Of a DNA stretch of 64,000 bases, positions 19,926-29,373 are shown piece by piece. A model generated the notes under the pieces. The model did no database searches, was not told the origin of the DNA, and worked only from the letters and a program-made list of their open reading frames with translations. The position numbers and the translations under genes were made by a program. Within the stretch, counting starts at the first letter, position 1; the number at the start of each line of letters is the position of its first letter. This DNA is from an uncultured Lachnospiraceae bacterium (GTDB lineage: Bacteria > Bacillota > Clostridia > Lachnospirales > Lachnospiraceae), in assembly GCA_947629565.1 (NCBI GenBank), contig CANREG010000004.1, forward strand, positions 7,917 through 71,916, read 5' to 3'.

Positions 19926-21227
19926 ATGGAACAGTATGTTATAAAAGGAGGCAATCCGTTAGTCGGAGAGGTTTCCATAGCGGGAGCAAAGAATGCGGCG
20001 TTAGGAATTTTAGCTGCGGCAATTATGACCGATGAAGAGGTTGTTGTTGAAAATGTTCCCAACGTAAGAGATACAAGAGTTTTATTGCAGGCGATTGAGG
20101 GAATTGGCGCAAGAGTCAGCTATATAGATGAACACACGGTAAAGATTTGCGGGGGAACAATCAATCCTAAAGCGGATAACTGCGTAGATGATGAATTTAT
20201 CCGGAGAATCCGGGCGTCTTACTATCTGTTGGGCGCTATGCTCGGCAAGTATAAGAAATCCAGCGTGGCGCTACCGGGAGGCTGTAATATTGGCAGCCGT
20301 CCGATTGATTTACATATTAAGGGATTTCGGGCGTTAGGCGCAGATGTGGATATCCGGAACAGCATGATTCATGTGGAGGCAGAACATTTAGTGGGCAACC
20401 ATATCTACATGGATGTGGTATCTGTGGGTGCCACTATTAATGTGATGATGGCGGCGGCTTTAGCGGAAGGTAAGACTACTATAGAGAATGCGGCCAAGGA
20501 GCCCCACATTGTAGATGTGGCCAACTTTTTGAACAGTATGGGCGCCAATATCAAGGGCGCAGGTACGGATGTGATCCGGATTCGCGGCGTGGAGAAGTTA
20601 AGCGGTACGGAGTATTCGATTATACCGGATCAGATAGAGGCGGGAACCTTTATGGCGGCGGCTGCCGCAACAAAGGGCGACATTACCATTAAGAACGTAA
20701 TCCCCAAGCATTTAGAGGCAATTTCCTCCAAGCTCAAAGAGATTGGGGCAGTGGTTATGGAGTATGATGATGCGGTGCGGGTGGTCAGCAATCACCGGCT
20801 GCGCTCTACCAATATTAAGACCTTGCCCTATCCCGGATTTCCAACGGATATGCAGCCGCAGATGGCTGTGGTGCTGGCGTTGTCGGAAGGAACCTCCATT
20901 ATCACGGAGAGTATTTTTGAGAACCGGTTCAAGTATGTGGATGAACTGTTCCGCATGGGCGGTCAGATTAAGGTAGAGGGCAATACGGCGATTATCGACG
21001 GCGTGGATAATTTTTTGGGCGCCAATATTGTAGCGCCGGATTTGCGGGCCGGAGCGGCTTTGGTAATAGCCGGATTGGTAGCGGACGGTTATACGATTGT
21101 GGAGGATATTAAGTATATCCAGCGGGGATATGAGGATTTTGACGAGAAGCTCCGCGCCTTGGGCGGTCAGATTGAGATTGTGGAGACCGATAAGGATATC
21201 CGGAAATTTAAGCTGAAGGTGGGCTGA
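19926..21227 (+). CDS. murA: UDP-N-acetylglucosamine 1-carboxyvinyltransferase
   Basis: 433 aa. GAKNAAL near the N-terminus, catalytic-loop PGGCNIGSRPIDLH and a typical EPSP/MurA-fold sequence throughout. Confidence 0.95.
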   Translation: MEQYVIKGGNPLVGEVSIAGAKNAALGILAAAIMTDEEVVVENVPNVRDTRVLLQAIEGIGARVSYIDEHTVKICGGTINPKADNCVDDEFIRRIRASYYLLGAMLGKYKKSSVALPGGCNIGSRPIDLHIKGFRALGADVDIRNSMIHVEAEHLVGNHIYMDVVSVGATINVMMAAALAEGKTTIENAAKEPHIVDVANFLNSMGANIKGAGTDVIRIRGVEKLSGTEYSIIPDQIEAGTFMAAAAATKGDITIKNVIPKHLEAISSKLKEIGAVVMEYDDAVRVVSNHRLRSTNIKTLPYPGFPTDMQPQMAVVLALSEGTSIITESIFENRFKYVDELFRMGGQIKVEGNTAIIDGVDNFLGANIVAPDLRAGAALVIAGLVADGYTIVEDIKYIQRGYEDFDEKLRALGGQIEIVETDKDIRKFKLKVG

Positions 21228-21368
21228 TAAAGAGAGGCGCATGCCGATATAATTAAACTAACACAAATACGTTTATAACTAACACAAGTTAGAAATACGA
21301 CAGAGAATGTGCTATTATCAATATTAGGTATTGATAGTAGCATTTTTTATTTTGAAGGAGATGGTGTA

Positions 21369-22055
21369 TTGCATAATATTTTATTGCTGAGGGAGAAGTC
21401 CGAAATCGGCAGCCACGTGAAGGATTATGTTCGGCTTGGAGGGTACTCTGTGGTGGAGGTGGAGCTGCACCCCCAACACAGGGAGAAGGTGCTGGATTTG
21501 CTGCAGAGAGCCAAGCTGGTTCTGGTGGAGAGCAGTCAGGTTCAGTCCTGCTTTGAACTGTGCAGGCAGATACGGGATTTGACGCAGATACCGATTATTG
21601 TTCTGTCAAGATGTAATGGGGAATGGGAGAAGATTAAGATTTTTGAGGCCGGCGCAGACGATTACTTAGTGGAACCCTATTCGCAGATGGAACTGGTAGC
21701 CAGAATACGGGTACATATCGAGCGCTATGACCGGCTGACAAGACCATTTGGCACGTTGAGGATACGGGAACTGGAAATTAACCTTTATGAACGGAGAGTG
21801 TATCTGCAGGGGGAACAGGTTTTGATGCGTCTTAAGGAATTTGATATCCTGCTGTATATGGCGCAGCGCCTTAACGAGGTGATTACGAAGGAGGATATTT
21901 ATATGGCTGTCTGGAAGGACAATCAGGTAGTGCATAACTTTTGTAATACAGTGGCGGTTCATGTAAAACGGGTTCGGGAGAAAATTGAAAATGATATTGA
22001 AAATCCTCAATATATCCAGACCGTATGGGGCGAGGGATATCGGATGCCGGGGTAA
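21369..22055 (+). CDS. atypical (phospho-acceptor-less) OmpR-family response-regulator-like transcription factor
   Basis: Receiver-like N-domain plus an OmpR winged-helix C-domain (TVAVHVKRVREKIE...IQTVWGEGYRM). Probable TTG start at 21369, 7 nt after RBS GAAGGAG. The longest-ORF GTG start at 21309 is less likely. Confidence 0.75.
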   Translation: MHNILLLREKSEIGSHVKDYVRLGGYSVVEVELHPQHREKVLDLLQRAKLVLVESSQVQSCFELCRQIRDLTQIPIIVLSRCNGEWEKIKIFEAGADDYLVEPYSQMELVARIRVHIERYDRLTRPFGTLRIRELEINLYERRVYLQGEQVLMRLKEFDILLYMAQRLNEVITKEDIYMAVWKDNQVVHNFCNTVAVHVKRVREKIENDIENPQYIQTVWGEGYRMPG

Positions 22056-22157
22056 GGGATTGACAGATGAAGCGATTCATATTAGCATTGAATCGATAGA
22101 GCGCAGAGGCGCGCATATCTTTTTAAGAATATGAGAAAGAATATAATATTTGAGGTT

Positions 22158-22865
22158 ATGAAAGTGAAAGTGGAGATTTTATATGAAGACAGCGAAATCC
22201 TTGTCTGCGTGAAGCCGTATGGCATGCCGGTGCAGGCGGATAAGAGCCGGGACACGGATTTGTTAAGTTACCTGAAGACCTATATTTTTGAAAAGGAAGA
22301 ATTAGAGGAGGAGCCTTATCTTGCATTGGTTCACCGTCTGGACCGTCCGGTAGGCGGGGTAATGGTTTTTGCCAGGACGCAGAAAGCGGCGGCGGCCCTC
22401 TCGGATCAGGTGCAGGACGGCGCTATGGTCAAGTACTATCAGGCGGTGCTGACCGGACAGCTGCCGGAGGAAGCGGGAGAGTTGGAGGATTATCTGCTAA
22501 AGGACGCTAAGACCAACACTTCTAAGGTGGTAAAGAAAGGAACCAAAGGAGCGAAATGGGCAAGCCTGGAATACGAAGTGTTAGATGAATTTGAAACGGA
22601 CAAGGGAATCTTGTCCTATGTGCTGATTCAGCTTCACACGGGAAGACATCATCAAATCCGGGTACAGCTTGCTGCGCGGGGAGCCGGTATCTATGGGGAT
22701 ACCAAGTATAATCCGCTGTTTGCAGGAGCGGCGAAGCAATATCAGCAGATTGCCTTGTTTGCTACCCGCCTGGAATTTGCGCACCCGGCAACCGGGGAGC
22801 ATATGGTATTTAAGGCGGAGCCGGAGGGCGAAGCGTTTGATGTAATAGAACTGGACGAATTTTAA
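22158..22865 (+). CDS. RluA-family pseudouridine synthase
   Basis: Catalytic motif HRLDRPVGGVMVFA and a conserved HQIR motif. Start chosen at ATG 22158 (GAGG RBS); an alternative is 22131. Confidence 0.85.
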   Translation: MKVKVEILYEDSEILVCVKPYGMPVQADKSRDTDLLSYLKTYIFEKEELEEEPYLALVHRLDRPVGGVMVFARTQKAAAALSDQVQDGAMVKYYQAVLTGQLPEEAGELEDYLLKDAKTNTSKVVKKGTKGAKWASLEYEVLDEFETDKGILSYVLIQLHTGRHHQIRVQLAARGAGIYGDTKYNPLFAGAAKQYQQIALFATRLEFAHPATGEHMVFKAEPEGEAFDVIELDEF

Positions 22866-23027
22866 CAGATTTAAGCAAAAAGTCCCAACCTCTCAGGTGC
22901 TGGGAGCATATCACATAAAAGATACCGCCAAACCATGAATGACAGAATGGGTGAAAGGGCAAGATACATAGTATAGACGGCGAAAGCCGATTTTGCGGGA
23001 ACCTGATTCGGGAAAGGACAGATTGGT

Positions 23028-24113
23028 TTGGAAGATAGACTTATAGAAGGAAAACAGTGGAAGAATTGGCTGACCGGCGCGGGAATCGCAGTGGGAATTT
23101 ATCTGGTATTCCGGTATATCCTGCCGCTGGTGTGGCCCTTTGTAATTGCGGGCATTGTTTCGGTATTTTATTATCCGTTATTGCGGAAATGGTTGAAAGA
23201 CCGGGAAATTTGGAGCGGACGAAAAAAGCAGTGGGCGTTAGCGCTGGCGGTTGTCCTGCTCTATTTTATTTTGCTCTGCCTGCTCTTTTGTCTGGCGGCT
23301 TATCTGTTCCGGCAGGGACAGAGCATTTTTCTCAATTTTCCCTTTTATCAGGCAAAGGCTGTGTGCCTGTTTAAAAACTGCTGCTGTCAGTTAGACGCCT
23401 TTTTGCATATGGACAGGGGTATGTGCTATGAATACATTAAAAATGCGGCGGGAAATATGTGGAGCAATCCGGATTGGAATGTGCTTCCCAGAGTGACCGG
23501 TTATTCTGTGCAGATGGCGGGGCAGCTGTTCCGGTTTGCATTTGAAATCTTTATCACGGTCATTGCCACATTTTTTATCATACAGGACTATGAACAGATT
23601 CGGAGCAGACTGCTTTTGTCGGAAGACGGCAGGGGGATTTGCAGGGTGCTCTGGAAATGCCGGGAAACCTTTCGCACGTATATGAAAGCCCAGGGCTTGA
23701 TTATGCTGTTGGACGGCGTAATCTGCACGGCGGCTTTTTTCATCATTCGTCAGCCCTATTATTTAGTGTTGGGACCTCTGACTGCGATTGTGGACGCCTT
23801 TCCTGTGCTGGGAGCCGGACTGGTGCTGATTCCCTGTATTTTCTATCTGCTGTTTGCCGGAGAGCTTGGAAAAGGGGCGGTGCTGTTTGCTGCTTATCTT
23901 ATCTGTCTGATGACCAGACAGATTACAGAGCCGAAAATGATTGGAAATAAGGTGGGCATGAATCCGCTGCTGACAATCATAAGCATGTATGCAGGCTTTC
24001 AGCTGTTCGGCGTGAGCGGTTTTCTGCTGGGGCCTGTGGGAGTGCTGATTGGAAAAGAGACATACCGGCTTTTAAGGAGGCGGAGGACAGAAAAGGATTT
24101 GTATATTTCCTGA
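23028..24113 (+). CDS. AI-2E (PerM) family transporter, YtvI-like sporulation membrane protein
   Basis: 361-aa polytopic protein with the AI-2E family layout. TTG start at 23028. The YtvI assignment is tentative. Confidence 0.6.
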   Translation: MEDRLIEGKQWKNWLTGAGIAVGIYLVFRYILPLVWPFVIAGIVSVFYYPLLRKWLKDREIWSGRKKQWALALAVVLLYFILLCLLFCLAAYLFRQGQSIFLNFPFYQAKAVCLFKNCCCQLDAFLHMDRGMCYEYIKNAAGNMWSNPDWNVLPRVTGYSVQMAGQLFRFAFEIFITVIATFFIIQDYEQIRSRLLLSEDGRGICRVLWKCRETFRTYMKAQGLIMLLDGVICTAAFFIIRQPYYLVLGPLTAIVDAFPVLGAGLVLIPCIFYLLFAGELGKGAVLFAAYLICLMTRQITEPKMIGNKVGMNPLLTIISMYAGFQLFGVSGFLLGPVGVLIGKETYRLLRRRRTEKDLYIS

Positions 24114-24272
24114 GCCGATTTTCGGTCATTTACTGTGGAAGACTTTTTTGCATGGTTGGATATAGAAAGGATATATGCGCGTATTAAAATAGAACCATAA
24201 TATAGCTTTGCCTGTATCACATCAGATATTTTATTACACGCTTATTGGGGCCGGAGCGGAAAGGAGGTTTTT

Positions 24273-24959
24273 ATGAATTATCACATTCTTTTAGTGGAGG
24301 ACGATCCCCGGATACGGGAACTGATTGAGGATTATTTTTCAGAAAAAAGCGGCGGGCAGATTCGCATTTCTGCTGCCGCAGACGGGGACCGGGCTATGGA
24401 AATGATATACGAGCAGGAGTATGATCTGGTGTTTCTCGATGTGATGCTGCCGGGAACCGATGGGTTTACCATCTGCCGGGAGATAAGGAGGGAGAGTATC
24501 TGCCCTATTATTTTTCTGACGGCGCGGGGACGGGAGGAGGATATTTTATACGGCTATGACTTAGGCTGCGACGACTATGTGGTAAAGCCTTTTTCCTTAG
24601 CGGAGCTTTATGCCAAGGCAGGCGCCCTCCTAAAGCGCGCCAAGGGATTAGTCGGGACCGAGGAATTGCTCTGCGGCGATATCGCCTTAAACCCTGCAAC
24701 ATTTCAGGTGACGGTTAAAGGAGAAAATGTAGAACTGCCCCCAAAGGAATACGCCATATTAAAATATCTGATAGAGCGAAAGGGACGGGTAGTGAAACGG
24801 GAGGAGCTGTTACTCCGCCTTTGGGGGTATGAGTATGAGGGCAATGAACGGACGATAGACAATCATATCAAAAAGCTGAGAAAGCTCTTAGGCGGAGCCG
24901 GAAGTCAGATTAAGACAGTCATTACAAAGGGATACAAGCTGGAGGAGGGATCGGTATGA
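24273..24959 (+). CDS. OmpR-family response regulator (canonical)
   Basis: ILLVEDD, phospho-acceptor context DLVFLDVMLPG, KPF, and a winged-helix C-terminus (IDNHIKKLRKLL...GYKL). Confidence 0.92.
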   Translation: MNYHILLVEDDPRIRELIEDYFSEKSGGQIRISAAADGDRAMEMIYEQEYDLVFLDVMLPGTDGFTICREIRRESICPIIFLTARGREEDILYGYDLGCDDYVVKPFSLAELYAKAGALLKRAKGLVGTEELLCGDIALNPATFQVTVKGENVELPPKEYAILKYLIERKGRVVKREELLLRLWGYEYEGNERTIDNHIKKLRKLLGGAGSQIKTVITKGYKLEEGSV

Positions 24960-26650
24960 AAAAAAGGGGAAAAAGAAAAAAGGGAAAAAACAAGTACATA
25001 TATGGTTTGCATAAACCGGTATTTGGGAAAATTTTTGCCGGAAAACTGATTGGATTTCTCGTTCTTGCAGTTTTACTGGCATGGGTGGGCACCCGGGTTG
25101 CCATCACATATTATCTCAGGGAGAGGGAGCAGGGCTTTCAGATGAGCTTTGAGATGGCCATATCTAATATACAGAATATTTTTGAGGAATTGGGAGAAAA
25201 GGAGATTAAGACAGAAGACAGTGGGACTTCGGGAGGATTGCTACCGTCAGGTTCAGGGGATTTGGCCGCGAATGACCGCATAGAAACGGCTCTGCGGTGG
25301 ACGCTTATCGCAATAAACAGTCATGAGGAGTATCACGGTTCCTTTGCCTTGTATGACAGTAATCTGGAAAAGGAACTGGCGAATACGGAGGGGATGGCGT
25401 TTATCCTGTGGCCCGGCATACATGGAGAGTTCTACCGCTGTCCCTATGCGGATATGGCGGAGGTTGCGGAGGATTATAGTAAATATGGGGAAGATGAAAA
25501 TGTGGAGGTGCGGATTAAGGATTTTTATATAAAAGACTATCAGTTTTGGCCGGGAAAAGTATCTCTGGTAAAGACAATACCGGGGAAGGGAGAGGAGGTT
25601 ATCAGGGAATATGATTATACGCCTGACGACGTCACAGATTATACCCGGATAACCGATGAAGAAAGCATGGAACCAATTATGTGGCCTGAGGAAGATAATG
25701 TGCAGGCTAAGGCAAGGATTTTACAGTTTGTTGAGGAGGCAAAAAGCAGCGGGGGAGACCGTCAGGCAGTAGAGACGCAGGGTACAGCCTGGTACACTTT
25801 TGGGGGAATAGAAATCCTTAGCGGAGAAAAGATTAACGTGGCTGATAAGACATATTATCTGGAGGGGGCGGTTCATTACAATATTTTTGAGGACTACGGG
25901 TGGCAGATTTGCCTGATTTATGGATTCCTTTTGCTGGCCGCCATCATCGTTTCTTTTATTATTGCCTATCGCGCCTTTACCGTGGAGCAGGGGCATTACC
26001 AGATGGAGCGCTACAGGCGGGATACGGCCAACGCCATGGCCCATGATCTGAAAACACCGCTGACGGCGATTTCCGGCTATGCGGAGAGCCTGAAAGAAAA
26101 TATCCGTCCGGAAAAGCGGGATTACTATGTCGACGCCATTTATGAAAACGCCATGTATATGAACCGGTTAGTCGGTAATATCTTAGACCTTGCGAAAATT
26201 GAAAATCGAGCGGGTGCGCCGGAATTAACGGAGGTCAGTCTGCGGGAGATCACAAAAGAGGCATTGAAAAAATATGCGCTGTTAGCGGAGGAACGAGGGA
26301 TTACCTTTGAACTGGAAGGAAACACGGTGGTTGAGGCAGACGAAGGAATGGCGGTTCAGATAGTGGAAAACCTGATTAGTAATTGCGTGAAGTACGCTGA
26401 GACAAATACAGCGGTTACGATTAAAATGAGCGATAAGTCCTATGAGGTGTGCAATGTCGTGGAGGAGGAACCGGAGATTCCCGCCGGGGAGCTTTGGAAA
26501 CCGTTTGTGAAGGGAAGTAACAGCCGGACGGGCAATCAGGGTACGGGTATCGGGCTTACCATTGTAAAGAATCTTGCGGAGATAAACGGATTTTCCCTCA
26601 CGCTTTCCTGTGAGGATAAAGAGTTCAGGGCAGTGTTAAAGCAATCCTAA
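24956..26650 (+). CDS. sensor histidine kinase
   Basis: Its start overlaps the regulator's stop (ATGA). Two TM segments flank a periplasmic-type domain of about 280 aa. H-box AHDLKTPLTAI, N box and G box (GTGIGLTIV). Confidence 0.88.
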   Translation: MKKRGKRKKGKNKYIYGLHKPVFGKIFAGKLIGFLVLAVLLAWVGTRVAITYYLREREQGFQMSFEMAISNIQNIFEELGEKEIKTEDSGTSGGLLPSGSGDLAANDRIETALRWTLIAINSHEEYHGSFALYDSNLEKELANTEGMAFILWPGIHGEFYRCPYADMAEVAEDYSKYGEDENVEVRIKDFYIKDYQFWPGKVSLVKTIPGKGEEVIREYDYTPDDVTDYTRITDEESMEPIMWPEEDNVQAKARILQFVEEAKSSGGDRQAVETQGTAWYTFGGIEILSGEKINVADKTYYLEGAVHYNIFEDYGWQICLIYGFLLLAAIIVSFIIAYRAFTVEQGHYQMERYRRDTANAMAHDLKTPLTAISGYAESLKENIRPEKRDYYVDAIYENAMYMNRLVGNILDLAKIENRAGAPELTEVSLREITKEALKKYALLAEERGITFELEGNTVVEADEGMAVQIVENLISNCVKYAETNTAVTIKMSDKSYEVCNVVEEEPEIPAGELWKPFVKGSNSRTGNQGTGIGLTIVKNLAEINGFSLTLSCEDKEFRAVLKQS

Positions 26651-26711
26651 ACGGTCAGGCGTGTCAAAGACAGCTTACCGGAAGTGTCTTGTAAATATTG
26701 TTTTATAACGT

Positions 26712-26787
26712 ATCAGCCCCCTGTTTGAATCAGTCGGCCTTTCTTCCATAGGCCGTATCATTTAACAGGGGGCTGATTTGGTTTTTT
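26712..26787. terminator. long compound hairpin between the convergent kinase and thrS genes
   Basis: ATCAGCCCCCTGTT (26712-26725) pairs with AACAGGGGGCTGAT (26764-26777). There is an inner CGGCC..GGCCG stem. TTGGTTTTTT follows on the + strand. Confidence 0.7.
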
Positions 26788-26838
26788 AATTCATTTGTGT
26801 CAAGGCGCGCCTGATAACATGGTTGCGTTATTGCGCCT

Positions 26839-28812
26839 TTATTTCTCCATCTGTGTCAGGGACTTAGTACGGATTTCCTCGCATATCTTCTGAATGAAGG
26901 TATCAAGCGCCATAGCGCCCAAATCTCCGTCCTCGCCCCGTTTTCTTACGGATACGGTCTGGCTCTCCGCTTCGTTTGCACCCACAATCAGCATATAAGG
27001 CAGCTTTTGCAGCCGGGCTTCCCGAATCTTGTAGCCAATCTTTTCTGACCGGTCATCTAAGGTGGCAAGAATACCGTTCTTTTTCAACTCTTTTAAAATT
27101 TCTTCGCCGTAGGCGTGGAACTTCTCGGAGATGGGAAGAATCCGCACCTGCTCCGGTGCCAGCCAGGTTGGGAAGGCGCCGGCATATTTCTCAATCAGCC
27201 ACGCTAACGTTCTCTCATAGCAGCCCATGGAGGTACGGTGGATAATGTATGGCCGTTTCTTTTCTCCGTCCTTATCCACATAGTACATATCAAAACGCTC
27301 GGCTAAGAACATGTCTAACTGGATAGTAATCATGGTGTCTTCCTTGCCGTACACATTTTTTGCCTGAATATCCAGCTTCGGCCCGTAAAATGCAGCCTCT
27401 CCCTCTTCTTCCGTGTAGTCGATGCCAATCTCGTCTAAGATTACGCGCATCGCATCCTGTACTTTATCCCAGTCCTCGGCAGTCCCCAGATATTTATCCG
27501 CATCATTGGGATCCCATTTTGACATGCGGTAGGTGACGTCCTCTTCCACGCCTAATGTGGTCAGGCAGTATTTTGCCAGACGGACGCAGTTCTTAAACTC
27601 GTCGGCAATCTGTTCCGGGGTACAGATTAAATGGCCCTCGGAAATGGTAAACTGCCTTACTCTGGTAAGACCATGCATTTCCCCGGAGTCCTCGTTGCGG
27701 AACAGGGTAGAGGTCTCGCCCATGCGGTAGGGCAGATCCCGGTAGCTTTTCTGCTTTGCCTTGTACACAAAATACTGGAAGGGGCAGGTCATGGGACGCA
27801 GAGCCAGAATATCCTGGCCGGAGGCGGATACGCCGTTCTCGTCCTCATCATCATTTAACACGAACATGCCGTCCTTATAGTGATACCAGTGGTCGGATAG
27901 CTTGTATAAATCGGATTTAGCCATCAGCGGAGTTTTGGTTCTGACATAACCCCACTCATTGTCCTCTAAATCTTCAATCCATCTCTGCAATGTCTGTATA
28001 ATCTTGGCGCCCTTCGGCATCATCAGGGGAAGTCCCTGGCCGATGATGTCCACAGTCGTAAACAGCTCTAACTCGCGGCCTAAGCGGTTATGGTCGCGCT
28101 TTTTGATGTTTTCCAAAAATTCCAGCCGCTTTTCCAAGTCCTCCTTTTTGGTGTAGGCGGTTCCGTAAATGCGCGTCAGCATTTTGTTGTCGGAATTGCC
28201 TCTCCAGTAAGCGCCGGAGGAGGAGGTCAGCTTAAAGAACTTCACCGGTTTGGTGCTCATCAAGTGCGGACCGGCGCAAAGGTCGGTGAAATCGCCCTGC
28301 TCGTAAAAGCTTAAAACAGCATCTTCCGGCAGGTCGTTAATCAGCTCCACCTTGTAAGGCTCCTGCCGCTCCTCCATAAAATGAATTGCCTCTGCTCTGG
28401 GGAGCGTATAGCTGGTAATGGGAATGTTCTCTTTGACAATTTTCTTCATCTCGGCTTCAATCTTGTCTAATTCCTCGCGGCCTAAGGAGGGCATGTCAAA
28501 ATCATAGTAAAAGCCCTCGTCAATAGCCGGGCCGATTGTACATTTGGCGTCCGGATAAAGCCGCTTAACCGCCTGCGCTAAAATATGGGCGGCTGTGTGG
28601 CGGAACGCTTTCTTTCCGGCCTCGTCGTCAAAGGTTAAGATATTCAGGGTGCAGTCCTTATCCACAACGGTACGCAGGTCTACCACCTGTCCGTCTACTT
28701 CACCGGCGCAGGCCACTCTGGCAAGGCCCTCGCTGATATCCTTTGCAATGTCCAATACGCTTAAGCTTTCCGCATATTCTTTAGAAGAACCGTCTTTTAA
28801 AGTAATCTTCAT
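26839..28812 (-). CDS. thrS: threonine--tRNA ligase
   Basis: 657 aa. TGS domain at the N-terminus, editing-domain HTAAH motif, class II core and anticodon-binding domain. A Thr T-box lies upstream. Confidence 0.97.
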   Translation of the reverse strand: MKITLKDGSSKEYAESLSVLDIAKDISEGLARVACAGEVDGQVVDLRTVVDKDCTLNILTFDDEAGKKAFRHTAAHILAQAVKRLYPDAKCTIGPAIDEGFYYDFDMPSLGREELDKIEAEMKKIVKENIPITSYTLPRAEAIHFMEERQEPYKVELINDLPEDAVLSFYEQGDFTDLCAGPHLMSTKPVKFFKLTSSSGAYWRGNSDNKMLTRIYGTAYTKKEDLEKRLEFLENIKKRDHNRLGRELELFTTVDIIGQGLPLMMPKGAKIIQTLQRWIEDLEDNEWGYVRTKTPLMAKSDLYKLSDHWYHYKDGMFVLNDDEDENGVSASGQDILALRPMTCPFQYFVYKAKQKSYRDLPYRMGETSTLFRNEDSGEMHGLTRVRQFTISEGHLICTPEQIADEFKNCVRLAKYCLTTLGVEEDVTYRMSKWDPNDADKYLGTAEDWDKVQDAMRVILDEIGIDYTEEEGEAAFYGPKLDIQAKNVYGKEDTMITIQLDMFLAERFDMYYVDKDGEKKRPYIIHRTSMGCYERTLAWLIEKYAGAFPTWLAPEQVRILPISEKFHAYGEEILKELKKNGILATLDDRSEKIGYKIREARLQKLPYMLIVGANEAESQTVSVRKRGEDGDLGAMALDTFIQKICEEIRTKSLTQMEK

Positions 28813-29054
28813 TATTTTTTACTTCCTTTCCTTTTCTTTTCATTTTCGCAGTCAACGCCGTTTCCGTTATTGGAAATATTGACATAAATTCCCTTTTTAA
28901 TCGGGGAAAATAAAAATCCGCATACGGTTCCCATCAATACACAGAGGGAAACTAAAGATAACAAAGACTTGCGGGGAAAAGAAACTTCCTCCTCAAAAAA
29001 ATCCTTTACGGCGTCTGCGGCGCTGCATACATAATCCTTGATTGTCTCTAACAT
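28812..29054 (-). CDS. small single-pass membrane protein, translationally coupled to thrS
   Basis: 80 aa (MLETIKDYV...LLSLVSLCVLMGTVCGFLF...KKRKGSKK). Strong RBS GGAAAGGAG 7 nt upstream of ATG 29054. Its stop overlaps the thrS start (TAATG at 28810-28814). Confidence 0.5.
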   Translation of the reverse strand: MLETIKDYVCSAADAVKDFFEEEVSFPRKSLLSLVSLCVLMGTVCGFLFSPIKKGIYVNISNNGNGVDCENEKKRKGSKK

Positions 29055-29073
29055 ACCAAATCTCCTTTCCATT

Positions 29074-29318
29074 AAAAAATCCCTGACACAGCATAAGCTG
29101 CGCCAGGGACGATATCTCGCGGTTCCACCCCGGTTCCTGTGATTGCGCACATACAAATCACAGACACTTCATTCTGACGATATCGGAGTCACCGGCCTGT
29201 ATTAAAGGCTGCTCGGAGGTGGTGTTCAAAGGGTTTCCTTTGGGCTGCTTCCAGCAAGCGCAGCTCTCTCTGAAAAAGAAAACCAATCTACTGTCCTCGT
29301 CATCGCATTCTCATATAA
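29074..29318 (-). promoter_or_regulatory. T-box leader (Thr specifier) with intrinsic terminator
   Basis: On the minus strand: stem I with CAGAGAGAGC...; GAACACCACCTCCGAG carries tandem ACC (Thr) codons (plus coordinates 29218-29223); T-box sequence GGGGTGGAACCGCGAG (plus 29118-29134); terminator GTCCCTGGCGCAGCTTATGCTGTGTCAGGGATTTTTT (plus 29074-29110). Confidence 0.85.
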
Positions 29319-29325
29319 TACCTAA

Positions 29326-29354
29326 ATTGTAGACGAAACCTTCCCTAAAGTCAA
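29326..29354 (-). promoter_or_regulatory. sigma-A promoter of the T-box / small ORF / thrS operon
   Basis: Minus-strand TTGACT (plus 29349-29354), 17-nt spacer, TACAAT (plus 29326-29331). Confidence 0.65.
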
Positions 29355-29373
29355 GCCCTGTTTGACGGATATC

